A stretch of 64,000 nt of DNA from Phototrophicaceae bacterium (GTDB taxonomy: Bacteria; Chloroflexota; Anaerolineae; Aggregatilineales; Phototrophicaceae). This document shows positions 34,354 to 44,004 of this stretch, piece after piece (the stretch's first letter is position 1; every line of letters starts with the position of its first letter). The stretch is from contig OZ250157.1 in NCBI GenBank assembly GCA_965237765.1, positions 1,295,508-1,359,507 of the forward strand, in the 5' to 3' direction. The position numbers and the translations under genes are program-made. The notes under the pieces are model-generated. The model was not told where the DNA came from. It ran no database searches and saw nothing but the letters and a program-made list of their open reading frames with translations.

Positions 34354-35550
34354 TCAATCCAGATGGGCGAGTAAGGTGCGCGCGGCCGCGCCGCGTTCGC
34401 GGATGAGCTGCCCGGCCCCTTCCAGGAAAATTTCCAGCAAGGTGACCAGCGCGAGCAGGAAAGTCGGTTGCGCCGAATGGCCGAGGATGCCCACACGCCA
34501 GATTCTGCCGCGCAATTCGCCCAAGCCGCCACCGATATCGATGCGGTAGGGCGCCAACAGCTGCTGGCGGATGGCTTCGGCGTCCACCCCGGCGGGCACT
34601 TGGATGGCGGTGACGGTCGGCAGGCGGAAATCGAGCTGCGCGTAGACAGCCAGTCCTAGCTCCTCGATGGCGGCGACCAGCGCATCGCGCCGGTTCACCA
34701 TGCGGTCGGCGCGGTAGGCCATCCCCTGCTCGGAGATCAGCTGGAGCAGCTCGGTGAGGGCGTAGACGATGGGCGCGGGCATGGTCTGGGCGGCGCGCTC
34801 ATCTTCGCGGAAGCGGCGCAGCTGCGCCAGATCCAGCGAAGGACTGCGGACGGGCTGCTGGCGCTCGGCGTAAGCGGCCGCCGCGCGCTCGCTGAAGCTG
34901 ATCAGGCCCAGCCCGGGGTAGGCGCTGATCGCTTTCTGGCTACCGGCGACGCAAATGTCGATGCCCAGCGCGTCGAGCGGCACATCGACCGCGCTCAGCG
35001 TCCAGCGGGAATCGACCAGGAGCAGGGCGCCGTGCGCGTGCGCCAGCTCGCCCAGTCCCGCCAGGGGCTGCTGGACGCCGGTCGAGCCTTCACCGTGCAG
35101 GGTGGCAAGCAAGCGCGTCGGTTGTCCGCTGAGGGCTTCGCGCAGGGCAGCCTGCGAGACGGCTTCCCCCGGCGGCGCCACGACGCGGATGACGTTGGCA
35201 CCGCAGCGCTCGGCCGCATCCGCCAGCCGTTCGCCGAAGAAGCCGCTGCTGGCGACGACGGCCGTTTCGCCCGGTTGCAGCGCGTTCAGCAGGGCCGCTT
35301 CGAGCGCCGTCTCTTCGGAGCCGGGGATCAGGAAGGTATCTGCGTTCTCCGTGCGCCAGAGGTGGCGCAGCCGCGCGATCGCTTCCTCCAACACCGCCAG
35401 GAAGCTGGGGTCGTTGGCGCCTTCCAGGACGCCAATCAAACCCTGGCGCGCGCGCGGCGAAGCGTTGCTGAGGTCCGGGCCGAGGAGGGTGCGTTCCGGC
35501 GGGTTGAGGCGCCGGTAGGGGAGGGGTGGGGGCGCGGCGTCGTCACTCAT
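34354..35550 (-). CDS. Class V aminotransferase (alanine-glyoxylate / serine-pyruvate type)
   Basis: VAGSQKAISAYPGLG (PLP lysine) and a general AGXT-like layout. Confidence 0.85.
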   Translation of the reverse strand: MSDDAAPPPLPYRRLNPPERTLLGPDLSNASPRARQGLIGVLEGANDPSFLAVLEEAIARLRHLWRTENADTFLIPGSEETALEAALLNALQPGETAVVASSGFFGERLADAAERCGANVIRVVAPPGEAVSQAALREALSGQPTRLLATLHGEGSTGVQQPLAGLGELAHAHGALLLVDSRWTLSAVDVPLDALGIDICVAGSQKAISAYPGLGLISFSERAAAAYAERQQPVRSPSLDLAQLRRFREDERAAQTMPAPIVYALTELLQLISEQGMAYRADRMVNRRDALVAAIEELGLAVYAQLDFRLPTVTAIQVPAGVDAEAIRQQLLAPYRIDIGGGLGELRGRIWRVGILGHSAQPTFLLALVTLLEIFLEGAGQLIRERGAAARTLLAHLD

Positions 35551-36590
35551 TGCAGCTCAGGGATCAGGAATTGGCCCGCTTCCATAACCTGCAAGTCATC
35601 GAGCCAGATGCTCTTGTTGCGGCAGGGGAAATCCATATGCGCTTTGGAGACATTCTGGCCGCGGAAGATGGCCGTATTAGCGCCGAAGGCGATCTGCATG
35701 TTGCCATAGTAGGCTTCCTGATCCTGCACAGCGCCTTCCATCAAATACGCACCCATGCGGTTCCAATCGGCGCGGTGCTCGCAACCCCAGCCGATGTGGG
35801 CGATGCGGTAGGCCGTCTCGTCGTTGAAGGCGGCGAACCAATCCTCCAGCAGGCGCGCATCCAGGCCGCCCTCGATCTTGACGATGAGACCATCACGCAG
35901 CGTCATCTTCACGGGCGCGGTTACGTAGCGCCCCAGCCGCAAAATCACATCGTTGATATCGAGCACCAATGTCCCGTTGGCGCTGAATTCATCCGGGCCG
36001 ACGGTTACCATGCCGCTCGGCCAGTTGTCCCAGCGCCCGGGCTCATCGGCGAGGCTATAGAGGCCCAAAACGACGCGGTCTTTGACATTGCAGGTCAGGT
36101 CCGTACCCATGGCGGAAGTAACGCGCATCGTCTCTGCCTGGCGCAGCAAGTTGGCGCCGGCCAACGCGCGGCGGCGGATGACGGGATCCGGCGCCAGGCG
36201 CATCAGGACATCTTGGGGTTGTCCGCAACGGAGGACGCGGCCGCCATTCTCGAGCGCTGCCGCGTTGAGTAGCGAATAGGCGTGGGCGACGGTGCTGACC
36301 AGATCGATCACCATATCAACACCGGCCCAGATATCGGCGACGATGCCGCGGTCGTTCTCCGGCACGGTGGTGGGTACGGTGACCTGGAAGGCCTCCACGC
36401 CCAGATCCAGCGCTGCGCCCAGGGCGGCGGCCGGATAATGCGGCGAGGTGTGCGTGTCGCAGTAGATGAGCAACGTCTCGCCCGCGTGCAGGTTGCACAG
36501 CTCGAAGCTGCGCTTGAACAGGGGGATCAACTCCGTCGATGCGCTGTAATTCAGTGGAAATTTCTTCACTATCGCCTCACTTTTGGCCAA
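35547..36590 (-). CDS. NicX-like (2,5-dihydroxypyridine dioxygenase / aminopeptidase-T fold) protein, paralog 1
   Basis: DEPGRWDNWPSG, IAHIGWG and AHMDFPCRN..IWLDD resemble NicX as I remember it. 4-nt overlap with the aminotransferase gene. Confidence 0.65.
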   Translation of the reverse strand: MAKSEAIVKKFPLNYSASTELIPLFKRSFELCNLHAGETLLIYCDTHTSPHYPAAALGAALDLGVEAFQVTVPTTVPENDRGIVADIWAGVDMVIDLVSTVAHAYSLLNAAALENGGRVLRCGQPQDVLMRLAPDPVIRRRALAGANLLRQAETMRVTSAMGTDLTCNVKDRVVLGLYSLADEPGRWDNWPSGMVTVGPDEFSANGTLVLDINDVILRLGRYVTAPVKMTLRDGLIVKIEGGLDARLLEDWFAAFNDETAYRIAHIGWGCEHRADWNRMGAYLMEGAVQDQEAYYGNMQIAFGANTAIFRGQNVSKAHMDFPCRNKSIWLDDLQVMEAGQFLIPELQ

Positions 36591-36654
36591 CTCGCTGGCG
36601 CGAATTATACTCGGGCACAGCGGGTGGCCGCAAACGAGAGGGGCGGGAGGATTT

Positions 36655-37701
36655 ATGTTTCACTGGACATACCGCGATTCTGGCGGGGCGACGACGGACT
36701 TGATTCCGCTCTTCCAGCACACGCTCCAGCTCTGCAACCTGCGCGAGGGCGAGCAGGTGATGGTCTATGGCGACCACCACACGCCGATGCACTACGCCAA
36801 GGCGGCCATGGCCGCGGCGCAGAACGCTGGCGCGCAGGTCTTCCAGCTGGAGGTGCCCACCGAAGGGGGCGATATCCTCTCCGGCCCGGTCTGGGATATC
36901 TGGCATGCGGTGGATTTGGTGGTGGATCTGGAATCGATCGGCACGAGCATTTACCGGCCGCTGCGGGTCAGCGCGCTGGAGGCGGGCATTCGCGTCTTGC
37001 GGGTGACCCAGCCGGAGGATGTGCTCTTCCGCCTCAAGCCCTTACCCGTGTTGCGGGACCGCGTGCGCCGCTGCGAGGCCCTATTGGCCGCGGCACGTGA
37101 GCTGCGGGCCACCTCGCCAGCGGGGACGGATCTGGTGTTGAATACCGCCGATCGTAAGGCTTTTGGGCTCTGGGGCGCGGCCGATCAACCCGGCAAGTGG
37201 GATCACTGGTCGGTGGCGGTCGTCGTCGGGGGCGCCAGCCGCCCGCGCAGCAATGGGCGCCTGGTGATCGATGTCGGCGATATCATCCTCGGCATGCGGC
37301 GCTACGCGACCACCCGCATCGATCTCATCATCGAGGAAGGCATCATCACCCGCATCGAGGGCGAGGGCCTGGACGCGCATTTGTTGCGGAATTGGTTCGC
37401 CAGCTGGGGCGACGAGCGCGCCTATCATATTTCGCATGTCGGTTGGGGCTGTGATGAGCGCGCCGATTGGGGGCGGATGGCCGGGCCGACCGGCGGCATC
37501 GGCGACGCGGAATCCTACCCGGGCGTCTTCCAGATCGCCTTCGGGCGCGATACCTCTTGGTATATCGGCGACGGCACCAACGACGTCGTCGCCCATATCG
37601 ATTTCAACGGGCTAGCGCATAGCATCACGCTGGATGGCGTGCCGATCACGGAAAATGGGCGCTTCGTGCACCCGGATTTGGCTCATATCACGATCGATTG
37701 A
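36655..37701 (+). CDS. NicX-like protein, paralog 2
   Basis: DQPGKWDHWS, ISHVGWG and AHIDFNG. GGGAGG lies upstream of ATG 36655. Divergent from paralog 1. Confidence 0.65.
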   Translation: MFHWTYRDSGGATTDLIPLFQHTLQLCNLREGEQVMVYGDHHTPMHYAKAAMAAAQNAGAQVFQLEVPTEGGDILSGPVWDIWHAVDLVVDLESIGTSIYRPLRVSALEAGIRVLRVTQPEDVLFRLKPLPVLRDRVRRCEALLAAARELRATSPAGTDLVLNTADRKAFGLWGAADQPGKWDHWSVAVVVGGASRPRSNGRLVIDVGDIILGMRRYATTRIDLIIEEGIITRIEGEGLDAHLLRNWFASWGDERAYHISHVGWGCDERADWGRMAGPTGGIGDAESYPGVFQIAFGRDTSWYIGDGTNDVVAHIDFNGLAHSITLDGVPITENGRFVHPDLAHITID

Positions 37702-37737
37702 GTGCGGTCGCCGACCGACGACGACTGAGCAGTCGCC

Positions 37738-38826
37738 CTAGATTCGCTCGCCCGTTTCCAGGTAGTGCAACAATTGCTCGCGGTTCATGCCGGCGATGCC
37801 CATCGCTGCGGCGTTGCGCCCTGTCGCCCAATAATCCTCTTCTTCCGTAACGCAGAAGAGGTGATTGATGCTGTCGTTGATGGGCGTCGGTACCTCGAGC
37901 AGGCGCCCCAGCGACGAATAGAGCACCGAGCCATAGGGCACGTCTTCGGTGATGTAGCGGTCCCAGATGCGGTCACGCAAGTTGAAGGGTTCTCCCTGTA
38001 CGCGGTAGACATGGGGGCCGCTGCCAGTTTGGCGGTAGAGGTCATCGATGAATACGACCTCCAGCCCCAGCGCGCGCTGCAAGGCCATCTTCTCCTCATC
38101 GACGGCATCCAGCAGGCGCAGCACGCCGGGCGTCATCCCTTCGTTCATGATGGAGAGGTAGCCATCCTGGCGTTCGACGGCGGCGTAATTCAGCAACATC
38201 GGCGCGGGGTGGATCATGAAATTGGGGTTGTTGAGGCCGGGATCCAGCACGTTGGGTTTGGGGATGAGGCGCAATGTATCGCCCAGCCGCTCCATCAGCC
38301 GCTCGGTATTGCGGCCGGGGAAGGCGGCGCAGCGCAGGTTGGACGGCAGGCGGATGCGCAGCTTGCCGGGGCCGACCATGCGCGCTGATTGCGGCAGGGT
38401 GACGGTTTCGCCCAGCAGGATGTCATCCAGGCTGTGGCCGGCCGCGCGCAGCAGCGGCGCCAGCTCCAGCGAGCCGGCCGAGCCGGTGAGTAGCAGGATG
38501 ATCTGCCCGGCGCGCAGGTAGGGCAAACAGGCCTCCAGCATCGGTTTTTGCCCGTAGGCGGGCACGGCGATGAGGATCAGATCGACATCCGCCATAGCCG
38601 CGGCGATGTCGGTGGTAATCAGGGCGAGCGGCACCAGCTCCTCGGCCTCGTCCCCGCCGACCAAATCCCCTTCGATTACGACGCCGCCCTGCTCGAGGAT
38701 GGCCGCGATGCGCTCGCGGGTGCGGTTGTAGAGGTGGACGGTATAACCACGGCGGGCGAGGGCAGCGGCGGCTGCCATGCCCCCCGGGCCAGCGCCCATC
38801 ACCAGGATGCGTTCGATCGCGCTCAT
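37738..38826 (-). CDS. NAD(P)-dependent octopine/nopaline (opine) dehydrogenase family protein
   Basis: Rossmann motif MGAGPGGMAAAAALARRG. C-terminal NNPNFMIHPAPMLLN...EGMTPGVLRLLDAVDEEKMAL is typical of the family. Confidence 0.75.
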   Translation of the reverse strand: MSAIERILVMGAGPGGMAAAAALARRGYTVHLYNRTRERIAAILEQGGVVIEGDLVGGDEAEELVPLALITTDIAAAMADVDLILIAVPAYGQKPMLEACLPYLRAGQIILLLTGSAGSLELAPLLRAAGHSLDDILLGETVTLPQSARMVGPGKLRIRLPSNLRCAAFPGRNTERLMERLGDTLRLIPKPNVLDPGLNNPNFMIHPAPMLLNYAAVERQDGYLSIMNEGMTPGVLRLLDAVDEEKMALQRALGLEVVFIDDLYRQTGSGPHVYRVQGEPFNLRDRIWDRYITEDVPYGSVLYSSLGRLLEVPTPINDSINHLFCVTEEEDYWATGRNAAAMGIAGMNREQLLHYLETGERI

Positions 38827-39953
38827 GGGTGCAAGATCTGCAATTCGTGTGTGCTCTGATTGAAACGGCGCGCGCCGTCGGCCGTCACGGTGACGATGTC
38901 TTCGATGCGCACGCCGAAGCGCCCTTTCAAGTAGATGCCGGGTTCGATGCTGAAGACCATCCCTTCGCGCAGGACGGTGGTATCGCCCTGGACGATGTAA
39001 GGCGCTTCGTGGATATCGAAACCGAGGCCGTGGCCGGTGCGGTGCAGGAAAGCCTCGCCATAGCCCGCTGCGGTGATATGCCCGCGAGCGACGGCATCGA
39101 TCGATTCGGCCGTCACGCCCGGCCGCACCGCCTCGAAAGCGAGTTGGTTAGCTTCGTTGACGGTGTCATAGACACGCCGATATTCCTCCGAGGGCGGGCC
39201 GACGTGGAAGCTGCGCGTCATATCGGACCAGTAGCCATTCACGGAGCTACCGAAATCGATGACGACGGCATCGCCCGGCGCGATGCGGCGCGGGCCGACG
39301 TGGTGGTGCGGCGAAGCGCCGTTCTCGCCGACGCCGACGATGGCGCCGGCCGGGGCGCCACTATCGTGGCCGTGTTGCGGCAGGAGCGCCATCAGTTGCT
39401 GCTTGACTTCGGCTTCGCTCATGCCGACCAACGGCAGCTCCAGCAGGGCGAGGTAAGTGCGGTCGGCCGCGGCGCCCGCCTGGGTCAGGTATTCCAGCTC
39501 GCGCGCTTCTTTGACCATGCGGATGGGGTTGAGCAAGGCGCCGCCGGGCACGAATTCGGCTTCGGATGCGGCGGCCTGCAGGCGATAGAGGAAATGCGAG
39601 AAGATCTGGTCGGCCACGCCCAGGCGCAACGCTCGCCCATGGGGAGCGTCGGGCAGCGAGGCGGCGAAACGCTCGAAGGGGCTTTCAGTTTCTTCCCAGG
39701 GGATGAGGTCGAAGAAATGCGCTAGCGGCTCCGCCAGAGCCGTCTCGAAGCTGGGGAGGAGGAGGCGTGGCCTTTCACTTTCGGCGGCGGGCAGGATGAA
39801 GAGCGTCAGACGCTCGGATTGCGGTCGGCTCAGGCCGATCAGGTAGAAGAGGTCGCTCGAGGGGCCGACGAGCAAGGCATCGGCGCCCGCGGCGCGCAGG
39901 CCCTCTTGTACCCGCTGGCAGCGCGCCGCGTAATCAAAAGGTTGGTTATCCAT
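38823..39953 (-). CDS. M24 family metallopeptidase (Xaa-Pro aminopeptidase-like)
   Basis: DFGSSVNGYWSDMTR, HRTGHGLGFDIHEAP and SIEPGIY. 4-nt overlap with the opine dehydrogenase gene. Confidence 0.85.
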   Translation of the reverse strand: MDNQPFDYAARCQRVQEGLRAAGADALLVGPSSDLFYLIGLSRPQSERLTLFILPAAESERPRLLLPSFETALAEPLAHFFDLIPWEETESPFERFAASLPDAPHGRALRLGVADQIFSHFLYRLQAAASEAEFVPGGALLNPIRMVKEARELEYLTQAGAAADRTYLALLELPLVGMSEAEVKQQLMALLPQHGHDSGAPAGAIVGVGENGASPHHHVGPRRIAPGDAVVIDFGSSVNGYWSDMTRSFHVGPPSEEYRRVYDTVNEANQLAFEAVRPGVTAESIDAVARGHITAAGYGEAFLHRTGHGLGFDIHEAPYIVQGDTTVLREGMVFSIEPGIYLKGRFGVRIEDIVTVTADGARRFNQSTHELQILHP

Positions 39954-39971
39954 GGCTGTTTTGCAACCGCA

Positions 39972-41030
39972 TCAACCGGGGCGGGTGCCGTGGCCGGTCT
40001 GCGTGCCGCCGGTTTCCGTGGTGATACCGACCTCGCCTTGGTGGCGCAGCTCTTCGCGCACGAATTCGCCGTTCTCCATGATGTGGATGTCATCCACCCA
40101 GTAGCTGTTGTTGAGGCAGGGGAAATCGATATGCGAATTGGTGAGGGTAGTGGCGCCTTTGAAGATGCCGATGTTGGAGCCGAAGGCGATCTGCATGTTG
40201 GCGTACATGCACTCGTTATCCTGCCCGGGGATGAGCCAATTGGCGCGCTTCTCGCAACCCCAGCCGACGTGGGCGATGCGGTAGGAATCTTCCGAATTGA
40301 ATTGCGCGAACCAGCGCTTGAGCAGTTCGGCTTGCATGCCGCCTTTGATGCTGGTGATGCGGCCGTCTTCCATTTCCAGATGGACGGTATCGTGAACGTA
40401 TTGATTGAGTACGAGCATGTAATCACCCGGGGAAAGCACGAGGACACCGCCGCCTTTGTGCTCTTCCGGCGCGCAGCAGACCATCCCGCTCGGCCAGATA
40501 TCCCAACGGCCGGGGACGTCAGAGACGCTGTAGATGCCCATCGGGTCGCGCCCTTCTTTATGGAAGGTGAGGTCCGTGCCGCCGGGGGAAGTGATGCGCA
40601 TGGTGCTGGCGGCCTGCATGAGTTTTTGGCCGGCGAGGACGCGCTCTTTCAGTTCGGTCGTGGGGAAGAGGCGGCGCATGGTGTTGACGGGCACGCCGAT
40701 GCGCTGCAGGCGCGTGTTGGCTTCGATGGCATCGCGCATGATGGTGCCGTAGGCGTGTGGCCCGGAGGAGACATCGATGACCAGGTCGGCGCGCCTCCAG
40801 GCGTCGACGACCGCTGTTTCTTCGCGGTTGGGGTGCACGATCTGGAAGACATCGGCGCCGAGCTGAATCGCGGCACCCATGTAGGCGGCGGCGTAGTGGG
40901 GATAGCTGCCCGGGTCGGTATGGATGAGGACATGTTCGCCGGGTTGCACCTGGCATAGTTCGAGGTGACTCCGGAACATCTCCACCAATTGCGTGCTCGC
41001 CGCGTAATTCAGAGCCAGCCGTTCTACCAT
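39972..41030 (-). CDS. NicX-like protein, paralog 3
   Basis: DVPGRWDIWPSG, IAHVGWG and SHIDFPCLN..YWVDD. Confidence 0.65.
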   Translation of the reverse strand: MVERLALNYAASTQLVEMFRSHLELCQVQPGEHVLIHTDPGSYPHYAAAYMGAAIQLGADVFQIVHPNREETAVVDAWRRADLVIDVSSGPHAYGTIMRDAIEANTRLQRIGVPVNTMRRLFPTTELKERVLAGQKLMQAASTMRITSPGGTDLTFHKEGRDPMGIYSVSDVPGRWDIWPSGMVCCAPEEHKGGGVLVLSPGDYMLVLNQYVHDTVHLEMEDGRITSIKGGMQAELLKRWFAQFNSEDSYRIAHVGWGCEKRANWLIPGQDNECMYANMQIAFGSNIGIFKGATTLTNSHIDFPCLNNSYWVDDIHIMENGEFVREELRHQGEVGITTETGGTQTGHGTRPG

Positions 41031-41137
41031 GTTATATCTCCTAAATTAATCCTAAACGTGCCCCGCAAGATAGCACGAAGCGCGTACGGAATTCAAATTA
41101 CCGCAGCGCCGCGAGCGAAGGCATCCACTCAGGATAC

Positions 41138-43123
41138 TTACTGGCAATCCGGGTAGATCTCGTACGAGAGCGTATCCTCATACTCACCCGGCGCGGCCGT
41201 TCGGTAAAGACCGTAGCGGATGAGCGAGACGCTCTCTGGAGCGGCGGCCAGCGGGTAGATATCGTGGATCGATTCACCAGCGAGCCAGCTCGTGAGGGGG
41301 CGCCAACCATATACCGGCGCGACTTGATCGCCCTGCGCCACCAGTTCCCCGGCAGGGTCGTAAGCCTTGACGAAAACGCTCAGGTTTTCTTCCGGTATGG
41401 TCGCACCCGTCTGCCAGGTTACCGCGAGCGAAAGGCTGCCTTCCTCACAACGCACGGATGCCGATTGGGCGCGCAGCGGCCCGGCCGCTGGCAGCGATAA
41501 CTGTGGCGTGATGGAGATCTGTGCCAGCTGCGGCGCGGCGGCCTGGAGGTATATCGGCCGCGCGAGGGTCCTGGCCCACCAGTCAGGCGGATGGTTGAAG
41601 AATGTGTAGGCGGGTGTGACGAGCGTGCCGCGGGCAACGATTGTGGCTAGGTCGCTTTTGTCGTTGACCAGCGTGATATGATCGAGCCGGTCCAGGTAGA
41701 GCTGCCCGGCCGCCGCGGCAAAATAGCGCGTCCCCCAGGCCAGCATCACGGTGGAATCCCGTGGCGCTGCCGCGAGCGTATCGATCGTTTCAAAGCCGGT
41801 GGTGTCGGTCGTCAAATCCTGAATATGGGGGAAATTCTGGCGAATCAGGAATGCCGCCACGCCGATGACGAGGATGGTGAGGGCGCCCTTCGCGGCCGGG
41901 CTTTCGTGCGCGGCGCGCAACAGCGCATCGCTCAGGAAGAGCCAACCAAAGGCCAGGCTGAATGTTATGGGCAAGAGCAGCGCCACGAGTACGTCATGGT
42001 ACCAGAGCACATGGAAGACCCAGGCGGCGAGCGCGTTCAGCGCCAGGGGCAAGGCGAATCGCTGCCGACGGCGCAGGGCAATCGCAAGGCCGACGATGCC
42101 CAGGAATAACCCCGGCAGCGTCAGATTGGCAATCAGCGCGTGGTTGACCGTCTGGAAATTCTCGAACAGGGCGGGTAACGACGCCGGCCGGCCGATATAG
42201 ACGGCGGCTTCCGCGCCGACGATCTCATCCCAGACGCCACGCAGGCTCCCTGGCTGGCCATATATCCAGTCCGCGCCGGCTCGCGCGCGCAGGATCAGCC
42301 AGAGGTATTGGCTGAGGCCGAGCGAACCCAGCAACAGGCTGCCGCCCAGCGTACGCAGCGCGCGGCGAAATGAGCCATGTGCGGCGCGCCATCGCGCCTC
42401 CGTTATGTCTGCAGCAGTGAATGCTGCGTCTGTAGTCAATACTGCGCCCGCAGTTAATGTTGCGGCAAGCAGAGCGGGGATACTTGTGACGATGGCGCGA
42501 TGATGGAAGAGCGCGAAGCCGCCGAGCAATGCCAGTGTGTAGACGCGGCCGCGCCCTCCGCCCTCCGCCAGCAAAAATAACAGCAACAGTAGCAAGAGCG
42601 TAAACGTGTAGATTTCGGCGATGACGGCATGTAACCAGTAATCGCGCGTGAGGCCAAAGAGCAGTAACATCCCGGCTGCCAACCAGGGTCGGAACGTCAG
42701 TCGCAGGGCCAACAGGTACACCAGGGCCAGAGCGAGCAACCCCCAGAATAAGGAGACCAGCGCCGCGGCGAAGATGGGTCCGACGCCGAACCAACCGGCG
42801 AAAGTGGTCAGGATGTTGCCGCTGATGACGTAGAGCGGGTAGCCCGTCGCATGCAGGCTGCCCCATTCGTTCAGGACGATTTGCGCTTCGCCCACATCCA
42901 CCATGAAACGCTGGCTGGAACCGTTGGGAATGGTCTGGAGGGTGGGCAGGTAGCAGGCGAGCAGGATGATGAGGGCAGCGATCGCCGGCAGCCAGTCTTC
43001 CTTTTGGTTGGATATTCGCGCCCGCGCCGCCTTCATCCAGCGATTTGACCCATGAGCGGCGCGCCTGATGATCGCGCCGGATTGCCAACGGGCGATAGGA
43101 GGCACAATGTGCGCCGGTGGCAC
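41138..43123 (-). CDS. DUF2723 (TMEM260-like glycosyltransferase fold) membrane protein
   Basis: RFMVDVGEAQIVLNEWGSLHATGYPLY N-terminal motif and many TM segments. The start may be the internal ATG 43036. Confidence 0.7.
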   Translation of the reverse strand: MPPAHIVPPIARWQSGAIIRRAAHGSNRWMKAARARISNQKEDWLPAIAALIILLACYLPTLQTIPNGSSQRFMVDVGEAQIVLNEWGSLHATGYPLYVISGNILTTFAGWFGVGPIFAAALVSLFWGLLALALVYLLALRLTFRPWLAAGMLLLFGLTRDYWLHAVIAEIYTFTLLLLLLLFLLAEGGGRGRVYTLALLGGFALFHHRAIVTSIPALLAATLTAGAVLTTDAAFTAADITEARWRAAHGSFRRALRTLGGSLLLGSLGLSQYLWLILRARAGADWIYGQPGSLRGVWDEIVGAEAAVYIGRPASLPALFENFQTVNHALIANLTLPGLFLGIVGLAIALRRRQRFALPLALNALAAWVFHVLWYHDVLVALLLPITFSLAFGWLFLSDALLRAAHESPAAKGALTILVIGVAAFLIRQNFPHIQDLTTDTTGFETIDTLAAAPRDSTVMLAWGTRYFAAAAGQLYLDRLDHITLVNDKSDLATIVARGTLVTPAYTFFNHPPDWWARTLARPIYLQAAAPQLAQISITPQLSLPAAGPLRAQSASVRCEEGSLSLAVTWQTGATIPEENLSVFVKAYDPAGELVAQGDQVAPVYGWRPLTSWLAGESIHDIYPLAAAPESVSLIRYGLYRTAAPGEYEDTLSYEIYPDCQ

Positions 43124-43124
43124 G

Positions 43125-43559
43125 TCACAATTTTTCCCGACAATCCGCGCAATGGGCGTAAAACTCGAGCAGGTGTCCGCGCATCGTCACGCCGTAGTCG
43201 CGCTCCAGTTGATAAGTCAACGCCGCCAGGCCGCAATCTTCGAATTCGAACACGCGCTGGCAGCTGATGCAGACCACGTGGTGGTGGTGGCCGCCATCCA
43301 AACGCACGTAGACCGGCGCCTGGCTGCCATGCAGGTAGGTGGGGCGGATGAAGGCGAGGCGCGTGAACAGGTCCAGCGCGCGGAAGACGCTGGCGCGGCC
43401 CACCGTCGGCGCCCGCCGCTGCACGCGCGCCAGGATATCGGCGGAATTCCGATGGTCGCCATCGTCGGCGAAAATCGTATCCAGCACCGTCTGCCGTGCC
43501 CGCGTGAGGCGATGCCCCGCGGCGCGCAAGCGGTCTGCGTAGCTGTCCTGCGTTGTCAT
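43125..43559 (-). CDS. Fur family transcriptional regulator
   Basis: RLTRARQTVLDTI...RASVFRALDLF...HHHHVVCISC...CADC (winged helix plus metal sites). The stop lies 1 nt from the downstream DUF2723 gene start. Confidence 0.85.
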   Translation of the reverse strand: MTTQDSYADRLRAAGHRLTRARQTVLDTIFADDGDHRNSADILARVQRRAPTVGRASVFRALDLFTRLAFIRPTYLHGSQAPVYVRLDGGHHHHVVCISCQRVFEFEDCGLAALTYQLERDYGVTMRGHLLEFYAHCADCREKL

Positions 43560-43638
43560 TGGGGTCGTACAGGTTCTAGATTCATAGCCAGAATGTAACC
43601 CACGGCGCGCGTATGGTCTATATCATCGCGTTGCGCGC

Positions 43639-43845
43639 TCATAAGAATCGCTTCACCAGGGCCAGCGCCCTCTGCTTCCAGGGTTGGCGATGACCGATGC
43701 CCGCGCCGCCTGCGAATTGCGCCCGGTTTGTCACGAACCAATCGTAATTCCGGATCAGGGCCTCGCGGTTGGAATAACGCGGCGCGTAGCCCAGGCGCTC
43801 CTCGGCGTCGCTATCACCTGTAGCGGCCGCTATTTCGGTAGCCAT
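43639..43845 (-). pseudogene. 3' fragment of an NAD-dependent epimerase gene (diverged duplicate of the 3' end of 45843-47009)
   Basis: [54 protein letters not shown] aligns with [54 protein letters not shown]. Confidence 0.6.
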
Positions 43846-43975
43846 AGTAAAATATAGCGCAGGCGTGTGCTGAGGCGAAATTCTTCATGGAATACCCTAT
43901 CCAGCCCGATTCCCTGTACTATGGCGATTGTCGCGAAGCGGTTGCCGCGAAAGGAAAAGTCATGCCGAGCGCGCT

Positions 43976-44003
43976 CTCTTACGGCTGCAAGTGCCAGCAC
44001 GCG
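43976..44003 (-). repeat. Dispersed repeat copy (T:A), slightly degenerate
   Basis: CTCTTACGGCTGCAAGTGCCAGCACGC. Confidence 0.85.
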
Positions 44004-44004
44004 C

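Noticed and set aside
30796-43559. A staphylopine/pseudopaline-like opine metallophore cluster (opine dehydrogenase + exporter + nickel/peptide ABC importer + nearby Fur-family regulator).
   Set aside because: No nicotianamine-synthase-like (CntL) gene is present. The cluster is dominated by peptidase-like and oxidoreductase paralogs that do not fit that pathway. The idea is kept only as a remote alternative within the island finding.
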